Position numbers and translations under genes: made by a program | Part shown: piece after piece, positions 1 through 8,520 of the stretch | Position numbering within the stretch: position 1 is the first letter of the stretch | Layout: the number at the start of each line of letters is the position of its first letter | Origin: an uncultured Deferribacteres bacterium | GTDB lineage: Bacteria > Zhuqueibacterota > Zhuqueibacteria > Zhuqueibacterales > Geothermadaptataceae | Assembly: GCA_964014485.1 (NCBI GenBank) | Contig: CAXHAT010000125.1 | Location: 1-24,002, forward strand | Reading direction: 5' to 3' | Length of the DNA: 24,002 nucleotides | The notes under the pieces: generated by a model | The model's database searches: none | What the model saw: only the letters and a program-made list of their open reading frames with translations | What the model was told of the DNA's origin: nothing

Positions 1-10
1 CTGATTTGAG

Positions 11-19
11 TTATCCACA
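11..19 (+). promoter_or_regulatory. Single consensus DnaA box (TTATCCACA)
   Basis: Exact TTATCCACA at 11-19. Only one copy was seen, so function is unproven. Confidence 0.25.
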
Positions 20-44
20 TTCTTTTTATCGCGCGTGCGCGCAG

Positions 45-116
45 GCGGGAATGACATAAAAGTGACATTTCTCAGGTGCTATTTGGAAAATTTACGAGAG
101 TGCGTAACATCAGTTA
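45..116. repeat. Right-hand part of a MITE-like element, second copy of 12970-13041
   Basis: Ungapped 72-nt alignment to 12970-13041 with 59/72 identities by hand count, ending in the identical AGTGCGTAACATCAGTTA. Confidence 0.85.
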
Positions 117-138
117 CTTCACACATCAAGGAACAGAC

Positions 139-534
139 ATGAAACTCGACCACATCGGCATTGCCGTAGCGGATTTGGAACAGGCGATTGCGCGCTACTC
201 AGGGCTTTTCCAGCGCGAACCGGATCATTTGGAAATTGTTGAAAATCAAAAAGTCAGCGTGGCGATGTTTAGTGCGGGGGAACCCGCAGTCGAACTTTTG
301 CAAGGCACGGACGACGACTCGCCGATTTCAAAATACATCGCCAAGAAAGGCGAAGGAATTCATCACATTTGTTTTCGTGTGGAGGATTTGGATAGCGCAG
401 TCGCGGCGGCGGAAAAGGCGGGGATGGAAAAGATCGGCCAGGAAAATGATCGCGGTGCGGGCGGGACGCGCGTGGCGTTTTTGCACCCCAAAACCACCGG
501 CGGCGTGCTTATCGAGCTTTCGGAAAAGAGATGA
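139..534 (+). CDS. mce: Methylmalonyl-CoA epimerase (VOC/glyoxalase fold)
   Basis: Motifs DHIGIAV, VELL, GEGIHHICF, GAGG..VAFLHPK..GGVLIEL. ATG at 139 follows AAGGA, while the ORF track's start at 76 lies inside a repeat. Confidence 0.9.
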   Translation: MKLDHIGIAVADLEQAIARYSGLFQREPDHLEIVENQKVSVAMFSAGEPAVELLQGTDDDSPISKYIAKKGEGIHHICFRVEDLDSAVAAAEKAGMEKIGQENDRGAGGTRVAFLHPKTTGGVLIELSEKR

Positions 535-542
535 CAGTTTTA

Positions 543-854
543 TTTTGACGGGATTTACACGATCTACAGGATTTGGCTCGTTACCAAACTGGAGTTTGGT
601 AACGCAATTTGTTCGAGAAGTTCTACCTTGACAATTTTAAGTTAAATCCTACGCTCTCAAGCGTCTCATTAGCGCCGTGCTTCAGCCCGGCGATTCGCAC
701 GCATTGAAGTGCGCGGCTAATGAGAACTTAACATTATCAAGCTACTTCTCGTTAAGAATTCGAAGTAAAACTTCGGAAGCAGCGGCGTAACCAAGTTTCA
801 ACTTGGTAACGAGACCAAAAACTTAATCTTGTTCATCCTGTTATCCCGTCAAAA
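543..854. repeat. Nested imperfect palindrome (REPIN/MITE-like composite)
   Basis: TTTTGACGGGAT 543-554 pairs with ATCCCGTCAAAA 843-854. CTCGTTACCAAACTGGAGTTTGGTAACG 577-604 pairs with CGTAACCAAGTTTCAACTTGGTAACGAG 786-813. TTGACAATTTTAAGTT 628-643 pairs with AACTTAACATTATCAA 725-740. TCTCATTAGC 664-673 pairs with GCTAATGAGA 716-725. Confidence 0.85.
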
Positions 855-894
855 AACAACTCGAACTAACGAATCCATATTTCTCGAATTAGTA

Positions 895-2748
895 ATGACG
901 ACTTCCGAAGCCTTACAAAAAAAACTCGCCAATCTGCCGACCCGCCCGGGCGTTTACCAATTCAAGGACAAGTCCGGCAAGATTATCTACATCGGCAAGG
1001 CCAAGGTTTTGCGCAACCGCGTGCGTTCCTATTTTCAGGACGGACGCGTCGAAGGCGCGAAGCTTTTTAGCCTGAAAAAACGCATTGCCGACCTTGAAAC
1101 CATCGTCACCGATTCCGAGATGGAAGCGTTGATCTTGGAAATGAATCTGGTCAAGGAGTACAAGCCGCGTTACAACGTCAATCTCAAGGACGACAAAAGT
1201 TTCCCCTACATCCGCGTCACCAACGAAGTCTTTCCGCGCATTTTCCCGACTCGAAAAATCATCCGCGACGGTTCGCGTTATTTTGGCCCTTACACGGACG
1301 TCAAAAATATGCGCGGCATTCTCAAACAAGTAAAGCGCATTTTCCCGATCCGAAGCTGCAACTACGACATCAACGACGAGACGATTGCCAAGAAGAAATT
1401 CAAGGTTTGTCTCGATTATCACATCCAAAAATGCGACGGCCCGTGTGAAGGATTGGTCGGCGCGGAAGAATACGGCGCGATGATCGACCAGATCGTAAAT
1501 TTTATCAACGGCCGCGACAAAGAAGTCGTCAAAGCGCTGACCGAACGCATGATGAAGTTCGCTGAGTTACAGCAATTCGAGCGAGCCGCCCGTCTGCGCG
1601 ACCGCATCAGGCTGATCGAGAATTTTCAACTCAAGCAAAAAATGGTCACTGATGATTTGAAAGACCGCGACGTGATTTCGGCGGCGATGGAGGATGAAGA
1701 CGCTTGCGGCGTGGTTTTCAAAGTGCGCGAGGGCAAGATCATCGGACGGCAGCATTTTTATTTGAAAGGAATTTTTAAAGACACTTTTGCTGAGGTCGTG
1801 ACTTCGTTCGTCAAGCAGTATTATTTGAAGGCGGAGTTCGTGCCAGCCGAAATTTACCTGCCGGAAGCGTTGGAAGAGCAGGAAGAAATTGAATCCTGGC
1901 TAGCGGAGAAGGCCGGCGGAACGGTGAAATTCATCGTGCCGCAAAAAGGCGAGAAAGCGCGCTTGGTGAGCATGTGCAACAAAAACGCGCAATTGCTTTT
2001 GCAGGAATTGCAAATTCAAAAATTGCGCGCGAAAGACAAACCGCCGCACGCCGTCGAGGCGCTTCAACGGGACTTGCGCCTCAAAAAACCGCCGCGCCGG
2101 ATTGAAGCGTTTGACATTTCCAATATTCAAGGAACCGATCCCGTCGCGTCGATGGTCTGCTTCGTCGACGGCGTAGCGAGAAAGTCGGACTACCGCAAAT
2201 TCAAAATTCGCATCAAGGATTCGCCGGACGATTTCGCGATGATGAACGAGGCGGTCGCACGACGCTACGGCGCTTCGCTTTCCGAAAAAATGCCGTTCCC
2301 TGATTTAATTCTGATCGACGGCGGCAAGGGGCAGCTCGGCGCTGCATTGCAAGCGTTAAAAACCACCAAGCATGACGACATCCCAATCGTCGCGCTCGCC
2401 AAACGCCTGGACGAAGTGTTCAAGCCCGGCGACCCCGAACCGCAAAACATCCCCCGCACTTCCAGCGGACTCAAACTCCTTCAGCGCTTGCGAGACGAAT
2501 CCCACCGTTTTGCCGTGACCTTCCACCGCTCCCTGCGACGCAAACGCACGACGGCCTCGGCCCTCGAACAAATCCCCGGCGTCGGCCCCGCGCGCCGCAA
2601 AGCGCTGATCAAATTCTTCGGCTCCGTCGATGGTGTCAAAGAAGCCTCGGTCGATGATCTCCAACTGGCGGAAAACGTCAATCAGGATTTGGCCGAGAAA
2701 ATTTGGGAGCATTTTCATGGGATGCGGGAAGACGAAGAAACGTCTTGA
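895..2748 (+). CDS. uvrC: Excinuclease ABC subunit C
   Basis: GIY-YIG domain (PGVY..IIYIGKAKVLRNRVRSYF), Cys cluster, UVR motif (FERAARLRD), RNase H-like domain (IEAFDISN, LILIDGGKGQL, RDESHRFA) and HhH (IPGVGP). ATG 895 chosen because the TTG at 829 lies in the repeat. Confidence 0.97.
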   Translation: MTTSEALQKKLANLPTRPGVYQFKDKSGKIIYIGKAKVLRNRVRSYFQDGRVEGAKLFSLKKRIADLETIVTDSEMEALILEMNLVKEYKPRYNVNLKDDKSFPYIRVTNEVFPRIFPTRKIIRDGSRYFGPYTDVKNMRGILKQVKRIFPIRSCNYDINDETIAKKKFKVCLDYHIQKCDGPCEGLVGAEEYGAMIDQIVNFINGRDKEVVKALTERMMKFAELQQFERAARLRDRIRLIENFQLKQKMVTDDLKDRDVISAAMEDEDACGVVFKVREGKIIGRQHFYLKGIFKDTFAEVVTSFVKQYYLKAEFVPAEIYLPEALEEQEEIESWLAEKAGGTVKFIVPQKGEKARLVSMCNKNAQLLLQELQIQKLRAKDKPPHAVEALQRDLRLKKPPRRIEAFDISNIQGTDPVASMVCFVDGVARKSDYRKFKIRIKDSPDDFAMMNEAVARRYGASLSEKMPFPDLILIDGGKGQLGAALQALKTTKHDDIPIVALAKRLDEVFKPGDPEPQNIPRTSSGLKLLQRLRDESHRFAVTFHRSLRRKRTTASALEQIPGVGPARRKALIKFFGSVDGVKEASVDDLQLAENVNQDLAEKIWEHFHGMREDEETS

Positions 2749-2818
2749 TTGGCAACAGGAGCTTTCTTTTCTTTAAGCAAAGAAACAAAGCCTTTTTCGA
2801 AACTAAAATGGTAATGTC

Positions 2819-3037
2819 ATGGCCGAGAATATTATAACATACCATGATCAAGTCTTAGAAGAAGTCAATAAGACGCCAGCAGAACACTTGCCTCATTTGC
2901 TGCAAATCATTCGCATTTTTAGAGAAAGTATAAGCTTAAAACCTGCTGATGAAAGCCTCGCGCAAGGATGGACCGAAGCGATGAACGGGGAAACCAGGCC
3001 CGTTTCTGAATTATGGGACGGGATCGAGTCTGATTAG
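2819..3037 (+). CDS. Probable type II antitoxin (72 aa, acidic C-terminus)
   Basis: Small ORF 16 nt upstream of a RelE-like toxin. Ends G(W)xEAxxGETRPVSELWDGI, a pattern typical of antitoxins paired with this toxin type. Confidence 0.7.
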   Translation: MAENIITYHDQVLEEVNKTPAEHLPHLLQIIRIFRESISLKPADESLAQGWTEAMNGETRPVSELWDGIESD

Positions 3038-3053
3038 CCGAATATTATATGAG

Positions 3054-3386
3054 ATGCAGATAGAATTTACCCCGGAATTTAAGCGGAACATTCGGCGGCT
3101 CTCAAAAAAATATCGCAACATCAGATCGGACGTTGAGCCTCTCATAGAAGATTTAAAATCCGGCAAATCGCCAGGCGCTCAGGTCCGGCATACAGTTTAC
3201 AAAACGAGAATCAAGAATTCGAACCTAAAGAAAGGAAAGCGAGCTGGATACCGCCTCATTTACTACATAAAAACTCTATCCCAAATAATCCTCGTTACTA
3301 TTTACTCGAAGACCGAGCAAGGCGATATTTCTACAGATAAGGTTCGTCGAATTTTGAAAGAATTCGAAAGTTCGCCGCGAGACTGA
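3054..3386 (+). CDS. RelE/ParE superfamily (HigB2-like) toxin
   Basis: IEFTPEFKRNIRRLSKKY, VYKTRIKNS..KGKRAGYRLIYY and ILVTIYSKTEQ. Basic, 110 aa. Confidence 0.88.
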   Translation: MQIEFTPEFKRNIRRLSKKYRNIRSDVEPLIEDLKSGKSPGAQVRHTVYKTRIKNSNLKKGKRAGYRLIYYIKTLSQIILVTIYSKTEQGDISTDKVRRILKEFESSPRD

Positions 3387-3500
3387 AAACAGTGTTGCTC
3401 AGCTACTCAAGGTTTCGAGCCCCGAAAGCTTAAGAAACAGCTCTTCTGTACATACCATGATTCCTGAAATTTCAACTTAGTTCATCGTAAAAAAACACGC

Positions 3501-3638
3501 ATCCAATTCTTTAACTCCATCGACGGCGTCAAAGAAGCCTCAGTCGACGATCTTCAATTGGCGGAAAATGTCAATCAAGACTTGGCCGAAAAGATTTGGG
3601 AGCATTTTCATGGGATGAAAGAAAACAAAGAAAATTGA
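3501..3638 (+). pseudogene. Orphan duplicate of the uvrC 3' end
   Basis: Reads IQFFNSIDGVKEASVDDLQLAENVNQDLAEKIWEHFHGMKENKEN* and is colinear with 2608-2748. There is an in-frame TGA at 3465 and no ATG between it and the fragment. Confidence 0.9.
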
Positions 3639-3714
3639 GTTTCGGTTTGAGCGCCTTTTCTTCTCATTACAGCTCGACTAACTTGTCCGGCAAACAACGA
3701 AAAGACAAAGTACG

Positions 3715-6249
3715 ATGAATATGAAGTCTTTCATCTCTTTCTTTTTTGTGGCAATCCTGGCAATAGGGGTTAAAGGTCAAATACCGCGCTTTGCGCTTCC
3801 AGCATCAACGTCGCCGCTAAAATCATCGGTTCGCCCGCAGACGTATTTTGACGTTTCCGGGCGCAAGTCCATTCTCATGGGGCGGGAAAACGGCGATTTT
3901 GAAGCGTGGGTCTTTCCCATGCAAATTCTCAAGGAATTCCGGCTGCAATACCGTTTTGAATCCATGCCTTCGCCGGACGATCTCAAGCACTACGCTTCTC
4001 ACATTGAAGTCTATCCTGAGCGCACGACGCTGACTTATACCCACCCGCTTTTCGTCGTCAAGCAGCATTTTTTCGCGCCGATTGACGAGCCGGGGATTGT
4101 AATCTTGCTGGAAGTTGACGCATACCGCGAGATGGAGATTTTCGCCAGTTTTCTGCCCAGCTTACAGCCGATGTGGCCGGGCGGTTTGGGCGGTCAATAC
4201 GCTTTCTGGGACGACGAGAACAAAGCATACATTCTGTCCGAAAGCCGCCGAACATTCAACGCGATGGTCGGCGCGCCCGGCGCGGAACGACAATCGCCGC
4301 CGCTGGCGCACGAGCTTTCGCAAAAACCGATTTTGTTCAAACTAAAAATTGATCCGGACGCAGCTCGTAAACAATATTTCCCGATAGTTTTGACAGCGAA
4401 TTTTGAAAGCCGTGAAGCGTGCATCGAACAGTACCACGCCTTGCAAAATCACGTTCGCGCGCAATACCAAAAAACGCACAATTACTGGAAGAATTTTCTC
4501 GCTTCAACGTTGACCATTTCCGGAACGGAATTCGACGAAGCGTTTCTCTGGAACAAAGTTGCGATGCACAAGGGCTTTGTTTGTAATCCGGACTTGGGCT
4601 GCGGGTTGATCGCCGGATTTGGACCGTCCGGCGCGAGTCGCAGGCCGGGATTCGGCTGGTTTTTCGGCGGCGACATGTTCGTGAACAGCTTTGCCATGAT
4701 CGGTTTTGGCGATTTTGAAACGGTGAAGCACAGCATCGCTTTTTTGCAAAAATATCAGCGCGATGACGGCAAAATCATGCATGAGTTGAGCCAGTCGGGC
4801 GGCATGTTGAACTGGTTTGAAGATTTTCCTTACGGCTATATTCACGGCGACACGACGCCGCTCTATCTCGCCGCGACGAACAACTATTTCAAACACACCG
4901 GCGACTTAAATTTTTTGCAGGAAAGCCGGTCTTCGTTAAAAAAAGCGTACGAGTGGAGCCGTTCGACGGACAGTGACGGCGACGGCTTGATGGAAAATAC
5001 GCTCGCAGGGTTGGGCGCTTCCGAACTGGGCAGCCTGCGCGAAGCCAGCGGCGTGGATATTTTCTTGGCAGCGATTGGCGTGGAAGCCTGGCGCAGTTTC
5101 GCCGAGATCGCGCAAGTTTTGAGCGAGGATGAAAACCTTGTCCGTCAGGCAAACGAATGGTTTGAAACTGGCAAGGCGAACCTGGAAAATAAATTCTGGA
5201 ACGCCGAAAAATTGCACTATAATTTTTCCATCACACGCTCCGGCGCGCCAAACGCAGAGCTCACGGCCTGGACCGCGTTTCCGATGATTTTCGATCTGCT
5301 GCCGGAAAAGCGCGCCCGCCTCACGCTCACCGAAATCGCTTCGTCAAAAATCAGCACGGACTGGGGCAGTCGCATGCTGTCCAACCAAAGTGCGGCGTAC
5401 GATCCGCTGGCTTACAACAACGGCGCGGTCTGGCCATTTTTGACCGGCTACACAATCTGGGCGCTTTATCGTCAAGGTCACGCCGAGGCGGGCTTGCAGA
5501 ACCTGCGAAATTTAAAAAATTGGGTTTATGAAGACGCGCTCGGCGCAATGCCGGAGATTGTGAGCGGCGAATATTTCCGCCCCCTTGAAACTTCCGTTCC
5601 GCATCAGCTTTTTTCAAATTTCGGTTTTACGGCGGGATTGGTTCGCGGCATGCTCGGACTGCGCATCGACACACCGTCGCGGATGGTGACGCTTGAGCCG
5701 CGCTTACCGATCGATTTGCCGTTTCTTGAACTCAAAAATATCAAGGTTGGCGATCAAACGCTTTCTTTGAGGATCGATCAGTCACCCGACGGCGCAGTTT
5801 TGAGAGTGCTCGAAAAACCACAAAAACCGGTGACGATCAATTTTTCACCCCGGTTTGGGCCGTTCGCTTCGCTCGTTCGCGGAAATAATTCCGACGTGTT
5901 GCATCGCATCGCCGGAGGGACTTTTGTCAACGCCGTTTTGAAAACGAACGACGCTTCTGAGCTCAAAATTACCGTTGATGATCCCTTGCGCGTTTGGCTT
6001 CCTTATCAAAAGCCTGAACCAGGAGATAGGTCGCGGCAAATGCGTTTGTGCCGCGTTGATCGGATTTCTGACCGCGAAATCAAGGTCATTTTAGAAGCGC
6101 CCGGCGGTTCAGAGCAAGTTTTAAACTATCGCGCGAGCGGAAAAATCGAGGTGCATGGCGCAAAAATTCTCGATGATCTCCGCATGATTGCGGCGTTTGA
6201 AGGTAGTGGTTATACGCGCAAAGTCTTGCGAATAAAAGTTGATTTTTAG
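3715..6249 (+). CDS. Secreted six-hairpin glycoside hydrolase (amylo-alpha-1,6-glucosidase/GDE_C-like)
   Basis: N-terminal signal peptide. Motifs GWFFGGD, GKIMHE, DTTPLYL, YNNGAVWPF, MPE and PHQLFS match the glycogen-debranching (alpha/alpha)6 family. Confidence 0.75.
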   Translation: MNMKSFISFFFVAILAIGVKGQIPRFALPASTSPLKSSVRPQTYFDVSGRKSILMGRENGDFEAWVFPMQILKEFRLQYRFESMPSPDDLKHYASHIEVYPERTTLTYTHPLFVVKQHFFAPIDEPGIVILLEVDAYREMEIFASFLPSLQPMWPGGLGGQYAFWDDENKAYILSESRRTFNAMVGAPGAERQSPPLAHELSQKPILFKLKIDPDAARKQYFPIVLTANFESREACIEQYHALQNHVRAQYQKTHNYWKNFLASTLTISGTEFDEAFLWNKVAMHKGFVCNPDLGCGLIAGFGPSGASRRPGFGWFFGGDMFVNSFAMIGFGDFETVKHSIAFLQKYQRDDGKIMHELSQSGGMLNWFEDFPYGYIHGDTTPLYLAATNNYFKHTGDLNFLQESRSSLKKAYEWSRSTDSDGDGLMENTLAGLGASELGSLREASGVDIFLAAIGVEAWRSFAEIAQVLSEDENLVRQANEWFETGKANLENKFWNAEKLHYNFSITRSGAPNAELTAWTAFPMIFDLLPEKRARLTLTEIASSKISTDWGSRMLSNQSAAYDPLAYNNGAVWPFLTGYTIWALYRQGHAEAGLQNLRNLKNWVYEDALGAMPEIVSGEYFRPLETSVPHQLFSNFGFTAGLVRGMLGLRIDTPSRMVTLEPRLPIDLPFLELKNIKVGDQTLSLRIDQSPDGAVLRVLEKPQKPVTINFSPRFGPFASLVRGNNSDVLHRIAGGTFVNAVLKTNDASELKITVDDPLRVWLPYQKPEPGDRSRQMRLCRVDRISDREIKVILEAPGGSEQVLNYRASGKIEVHGAKILDDLRMIAAFEGSGYTRKVLRIKVDF

Positions 6250-6308
6250 ATCGTCTGAAATTATTTTAAGCGTTTTTTCAGGATCGAACATCTGAAGGAG
6301 GAGTACCC

Positions 6309-7325
6309 ATGTCAGACCATCGCCCGAATTTCACTATCGAACGCCACGTTATTGAACATCAGAAGCATTTCCCTGAAGCGACCGGCGAATTTTCGGCGCT
6401 GCTTTACGATATCGCTTTTGCCGCCAAAATCATCTCCCGTGAAGTTAACAAGGCCGGCTTGGTGGATATTCTGGGCTTGACCGGCGTTGAAAACGTGCAA
6501 GGCGAAAAGGTTCAAAAACTCGATGAATACGCTGACGATATTCTGTTCCGCGCCCTTGACCACACCGGGCGTTTGTGCTGTATGGCCAGCGAAGAACGCG
6601 AAGACGTCATCCAGATTCCTCCGCAATTTGACACCGGCAAGTATGTTTTGCTCTACGATCCGCTGGACGGCTCTTCGAATATTGACGCCAACGTTTCCAT
6701 CGGGACGATTTTCAGCATTCATCGCAAAACCAGCGCCGGAGATCGCGGAAGCCTCGAAGATTGCCTGCAACCCGGCTACAAACAAATTGCGGCGGGATAT
6801 ATTATTTACGGCAGTTCGACCATGATGGTCTACACGGCGGGCAACGGCGTTTTTGGCTTCACGCTTGACCCGTCAGTCGGCGAGTTTCTGCTTTCTCACG
6901 ACGATATAAAAATTCCCAAACGCGGTAGTATTTACAGCGTAAACGAAGGCAATTATATCAAATGGGACGAAAACGTTCAAAACTATATAAAATACCTCAA
7001 GAGAGCCGAAAAGAAAGAAGGGCGGCCTTACAAGAGCCGCTACATCGGATCGCTCGTCGCTGATTTCCATCGCAATCTTTTATACGGCGGCGTTTTTCTC
7101 TATCCCGGCGAAAAGAAAGCGCCGAACGGCAAATTGCGCTTGCTCTACGAGGCCAATCCGATGTCGTTCATAGTTGAGCAGGCAGGCGGCTATGCGAGCA
7201 ACGGTGTTGAGCGCATTCTCGATCTACAACCGCATGAATTGCATCAGCGAGTGCCATTGATTATCGGCAGTTATGATGACGTCAAGGAAGCGGAAGCTTT
7301 TGTCCAGGGGAAGCGCACCGAATGA
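6309..7325 (+). CDS. fbp: Fructose-1,6-bisphosphatase class 1
   Basis: Motifs [37 protein letters not shown] and [11 protein letters not shown]. Strong RBS AAGGAGGAG. Confidence 0.97.
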   Translation: MSDHRPNFTIERHVIEHQKHFPEATGEFSALLYDIAFAAKIISREVNKAGLVDILGLTGVENVQGEKVQKLDEYADDILFRALDHTGRLCCMASEEREDVIQIPPQFDTGKYVLLYDPLDGSSNIDANVSIGTIFSIHRKTSAGDRGSLEDCLQPGYKQIAAGYIIYGSSTMMVYTAGNGVFGFTLDPSVGEFLLSHDDIKIPKRGSIYSVNEGNYIKWDENVQNYIKYLKRAEKKEGRPYKSRYIGSLVADFHRNLLYGGVFLYPGEKKAPNGKLRLLYEANPMSFIVEQAGGYASNGVERILDLQPHELHQRVPLIIGSYDDVKEAEAFVQGKRTE

Positions 7326-7807
7326 AGCTGGGCCTGATTTCCGACACGCATAACCGAATGCACCCCGGCGTGCTCAAAGCTTTTGAAGGCGTGGACGCCA
7401 TTTTCCACGCCGGAGACGTCGGGAATGAAGATATTATCACGACCTTGGAAACATTGGCCCCTGTCTATGCGGTGTATGGAAATACGGATTATTCGCCGGT
7501 TTCAGATCGCAATCCGGAATGGCGTTTGGAGGAGATTGGCGGCAAGCGCATTTTTATGACGCACATTCAATTGCGTCAAGACGCCAAAAGCGTGCGCGAA
7601 ACACTCAGCAGGTTCGGCGTTTCTTCACCGCCTGACGTTTTCATTTTTGGGCATTCTCATCGCGATTTTTGCCAACGCGTCGACGGCGTTCTGATGCTCA
7701 ATCCCGGATCCGCCGGGCCGCCGCGTTTTGAGCTAAAGCCGTCTGTCATGATCCTGGAAATTCTGCCCGACGGCAAAATGCTTCCAGCACTGCGAAAATT
7801 GATGTAA
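7322..7807 (+). CDS. YfcE/MJ0936-family metallophosphoesterase
   Basis: Motifs ISDTH, HAGD, GNTD, FGHSH and NPGS. ATGA overlap with the fbp stop. Confidence 0.92.
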   Translation: MKLGLISDTHNRMHPGVLKAFEGVDAIFHAGDVGNEDIITTLETLAPVYAVYGNTDYSPVSDRNPEWRLEEIGGKRIFMTHIQLRQDAKSVRETLSRFGVSSPPDVFIFGHSHRDFCQRVDGVLMLNPGSAGPPRFELKPSVMILEILPDGKMLPALRKLM

Positions 7808-7824
7808 AAATTCTCAAAATTCTA

Positions 7825-7853
7825 TTGACAACACAGGGTCATTTTGTTATCTT
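7825..7853 (+). promoter_or_regulatory. Sigma70-type promoter for tRNA-Lys
   Basis: TTGACA (7825-30), a 17-nt spacer and TATCTT (7848-53) with an extended -10 TG, 17 nt before the tRNA. Confidence 0.8.
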
Positions 7854-7870
7854 CGCAACTCGTTTTTTGA

Positions 7871-7943
7871 GAGGGTATAGCTCAGCTGGTAGAGCAGCGG
7901 CCTTTTAAGCCGTTTGTCGAAGGTTCGATCCCTTCTACCCTCA
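7871..7943 (+). tRNA. tRNA-Lys (anticodon UUU), CCA not encoded
   Basis: Acceptor stem GAGGGTA/TACCCTC+A, D arm GCTCAGCTGGTAGAGC, anticodon arm GCGGC-CTTTTAA-GCCGT, T arm GAAGG-TTCGATC-CCTTC. Confidence 0.97.
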
Positions 7944-7948
7944 TTTTG

Positions 7949-7987
7949 AAAGCCCCGGCGGAAATTTCGTCGGGGCTTTTTTATTTT
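7949..7987 (+). terminator. Rho-independent terminator
   Basis: AAAGCCCCGGCG-loop-CGTCGGGGCTTT followed by a T-rich run directly after the tRNA. Confidence 0.85.
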
Positions 7988-8034
7988 GATTTCTTCCTGA
8001 AACCGCCTATCGCCTAACTACAACAATTCTCTCA

Positions 8035-8263
8035 GAGGCTGTTTTATAAAGTCCCGTAGGGATGCTTGATAATAGCCAAGCGATAAGTCGCCTGGAACCG
8101 ATGTCTTATGGTTTCAAGTCCTGCAGGGACGATTGAGGCTGGAAACACGATAAAATTTCAACCGTCCCTGACGGGACTCGACAAAAAACAAAACGTCATC
8201 TTCCCCGGAAGTGAACTTCCGGGCTACTTTCGACCGTCCCTGCGGGACTTTTAAAACAGCTTC
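8035..8263. mobile_element. MITE-like element with GAGGCTGTTTTA termini, TCA target duplication and internal REP-like palindromes
   Basis: GAGGCTGTTTTATAAAGTCCCGTAGGGA pairs with TCCCTGCGGGACTTTTAAAACAGCTTC. TCA flanks both sides (8032-34 and 8264-66). Four GTCCC(N)GGGAC-type units inside, no ORF. Confidence 0.8.
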
Positions 8264-8429
8264 TCAGAACACAAATCACTTCCTTCGCAATCATTCAACC
8301 TGACTTGTCACTCTTCAATGGCGAAGGCCGGTGAAGCAAAATCTTTTTGGTCACATGTACTGAACGATTGAAACCATCAAAATTGAGGGCAAAAGACGTC
8401 TACAACATGGCCCGACTTCTGGCTCTTTT

Positions 8430-8462
8430 AATCCTGCCGGGATTCGGAACCCTGGCAGGATT
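8430..8462. repeat. Isolated REP-like hairpin
   Basis: AATCCTGCCGGG-ATTCGGAA-CCCTGGCAGGATT. Confidence 0.6.
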
Positions 8463-8520
8463 GCTTAGACAAACTACATCCATTCAAATTCCACGAAAAG
8501 AGAAATGCAAACGAACAAGA

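Noticed and set aside
76..138. N-terminal extension of mce in the ORF track (similarly 829-894 uvrC, 8347-8520 VOC, 11532-11591 amidase, 13928-13993)
   Set aside because: The extensions run through repeats or other genes and show no family similarity. Downstream ATGs fit the homology start and/or an RBS.
2761..2798. AT-rich inverted repeat between uvrC and the antitoxin
   Set aside because: It could be a terminator or TA operator, but the stem is weak and low-complexity.
2629..3617. uvrC tail pair as a DGR template/variable repeat
   Set aside because: The differences are synonymous C/T and A/G transitions, not adenine-specific, and there is no reverse transcriptase in the window.
7920..7943. 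tRNA-Lys 3' end as an island attachment site
   Set aside because: No second copy of the tRNA 3' end and no integrase were seen in the window.
8035..8263. CRISPR array
   Set aside because: The repeats are inverted, degenerate and irregularly spaced, and there are no cas genes.
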